A DNA stretch of 64,000 nucleotides from a virus. The notes under the pieces are model-generated. The model worked only from the letters and a program-made list of their open reading frames with translations. It had not been told where the DNA came from and searched no databases. Numbering within the stretch: position 1 is the stretch's first letter; every line of letters starts with the position of its first letter. Below, piece after piece: positions 63,355-64,000 of this stretch. Both the position numbers and the translations under genes were made by a program. Location of the stretch: positions 42,135-106,134 of IMG/VR virus record IMGVR_UViG_3300021170_000008; one strand, written 5' to 3'.

Positions 63355-63447
63355 TTTACTTTGTCTCCGACTCCCTCGCGGGCTGCGCCAGCAGGAACAC
63401 AGGAGACAGGCAAATAAAGGATGACCATATCGTTATGATTATCGGCC

Positions 63448-63840
63448 TTATCCTGTTACGGTTTTACCAGATGGAGAGTATTGATCAATACCTATATAAG
63501 TCCAGAGCGGGACATTCTCATCCTCGATAGCGGCCCAATTCTTAACATTGGCGATGTAGGCTTCCGTGTTGTTGTTGTCTGTCGGCGGAGCCCATATCGA
63601 GATAAGCTGCCGTAACGTATTCCCCTCCGCTATGTGCAGCGAAACGACATGCGCCGCCCCAGCTACCCCTTGCTGGCGTGTGGGAGGTAGCCAAAAACCG
63701 CCCTGCATCGGGATAATTACGCCATAGGGAGTGCCCTTGAGCCACGGCGCTGCCCGAAGATTCCCTGGATTTGTGTGATCCGCAGGCATCCCTTCTTGCC
63801 GAAAAATGGCTGCGATCAGGCGTTGGATTAGATCCCCCAT
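63448..63840 (-). CDS. Lysozyme-fold muramidase / putative endolysin
   Basis: AIFRQEG, NPGNLR, TLRQLISIWAPP..NNTEAY. Confidence 0.75.
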   Translation of the reverse strand: MGDLIQRLIAAIFRQEGMPADHTNPGNLRAAPWLKGTPYGVIIPMQGGFWLPPTRQQGVAGAAHVVSLHIAEGNTLRQLISIWAPPTDNNNTEAYIANVKNWAAIEDENVPLWTYIGIDQYSPSGKTVTG

Positions 63841-64000
63841 GGTTTAGTGAACCACCTTTCCAGGGAATACCGTCCCGCCTGAGGTCACAGCCCGGCTGGT
63901 TACGGGTGCGACGGGGGCGACATCTCCAGCCGAAGGCGCAAGTAGGCGTGTAGATATAGTTGAATTACCGCCATCCCTGAATACAGCCAAAAAGTAACCT

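Overview
A 64-kb segment of a tailed dsDNA phage or prophage with podovirus-like morphogenesis genes. The host is probably a Gram-negative soil bacterium such as an Acidobacterium; this is inferred from the PEP-CTERM, malectin and small 'MSPEGR..' proteins. 1-11.6 kb (+): DnaB C-terminus, a DUF5565/RLIG1-like RNA ligase, RusA, a HAD-like protein, two glycosyltransferases, a methyltransferase, Ro60 (TROVE-vWA) flanked by five Y RNAs with a circularly permuted Y-box in its own leader, and an AAA+ ATPase. 11.6-46.5 kb (mostly -): ejection proteins, tail/nozzle and fibre genes, adaptors, capsid, scaffold, portal, terminase and a DNA methylase. 46.5-54.5 kb (-): 33 tRNAs covering all 20 amino acids, interleaved with HNH genes, an amber-interrupted release-factor-like gene and unexplained structured RNAs. 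54.6-64 kb (-): membrane, secreted and lysis genes, and a zincin-like protein split by an HNH intein. The most notable candidates are (i) the Ro60/multi-Y-RNA locus with a permuted, possibly autoregulatory Ro site, (ii) a leaderless 25-codon leader peptide whose residues match the amino acids of the tRNA sub-operon it precedes, and (iii) a nozzle protein whose missing last beta-strand appears as a C-terminal tag on two other proteins. All calls are from manual reading; no database searches or folding programs were run.
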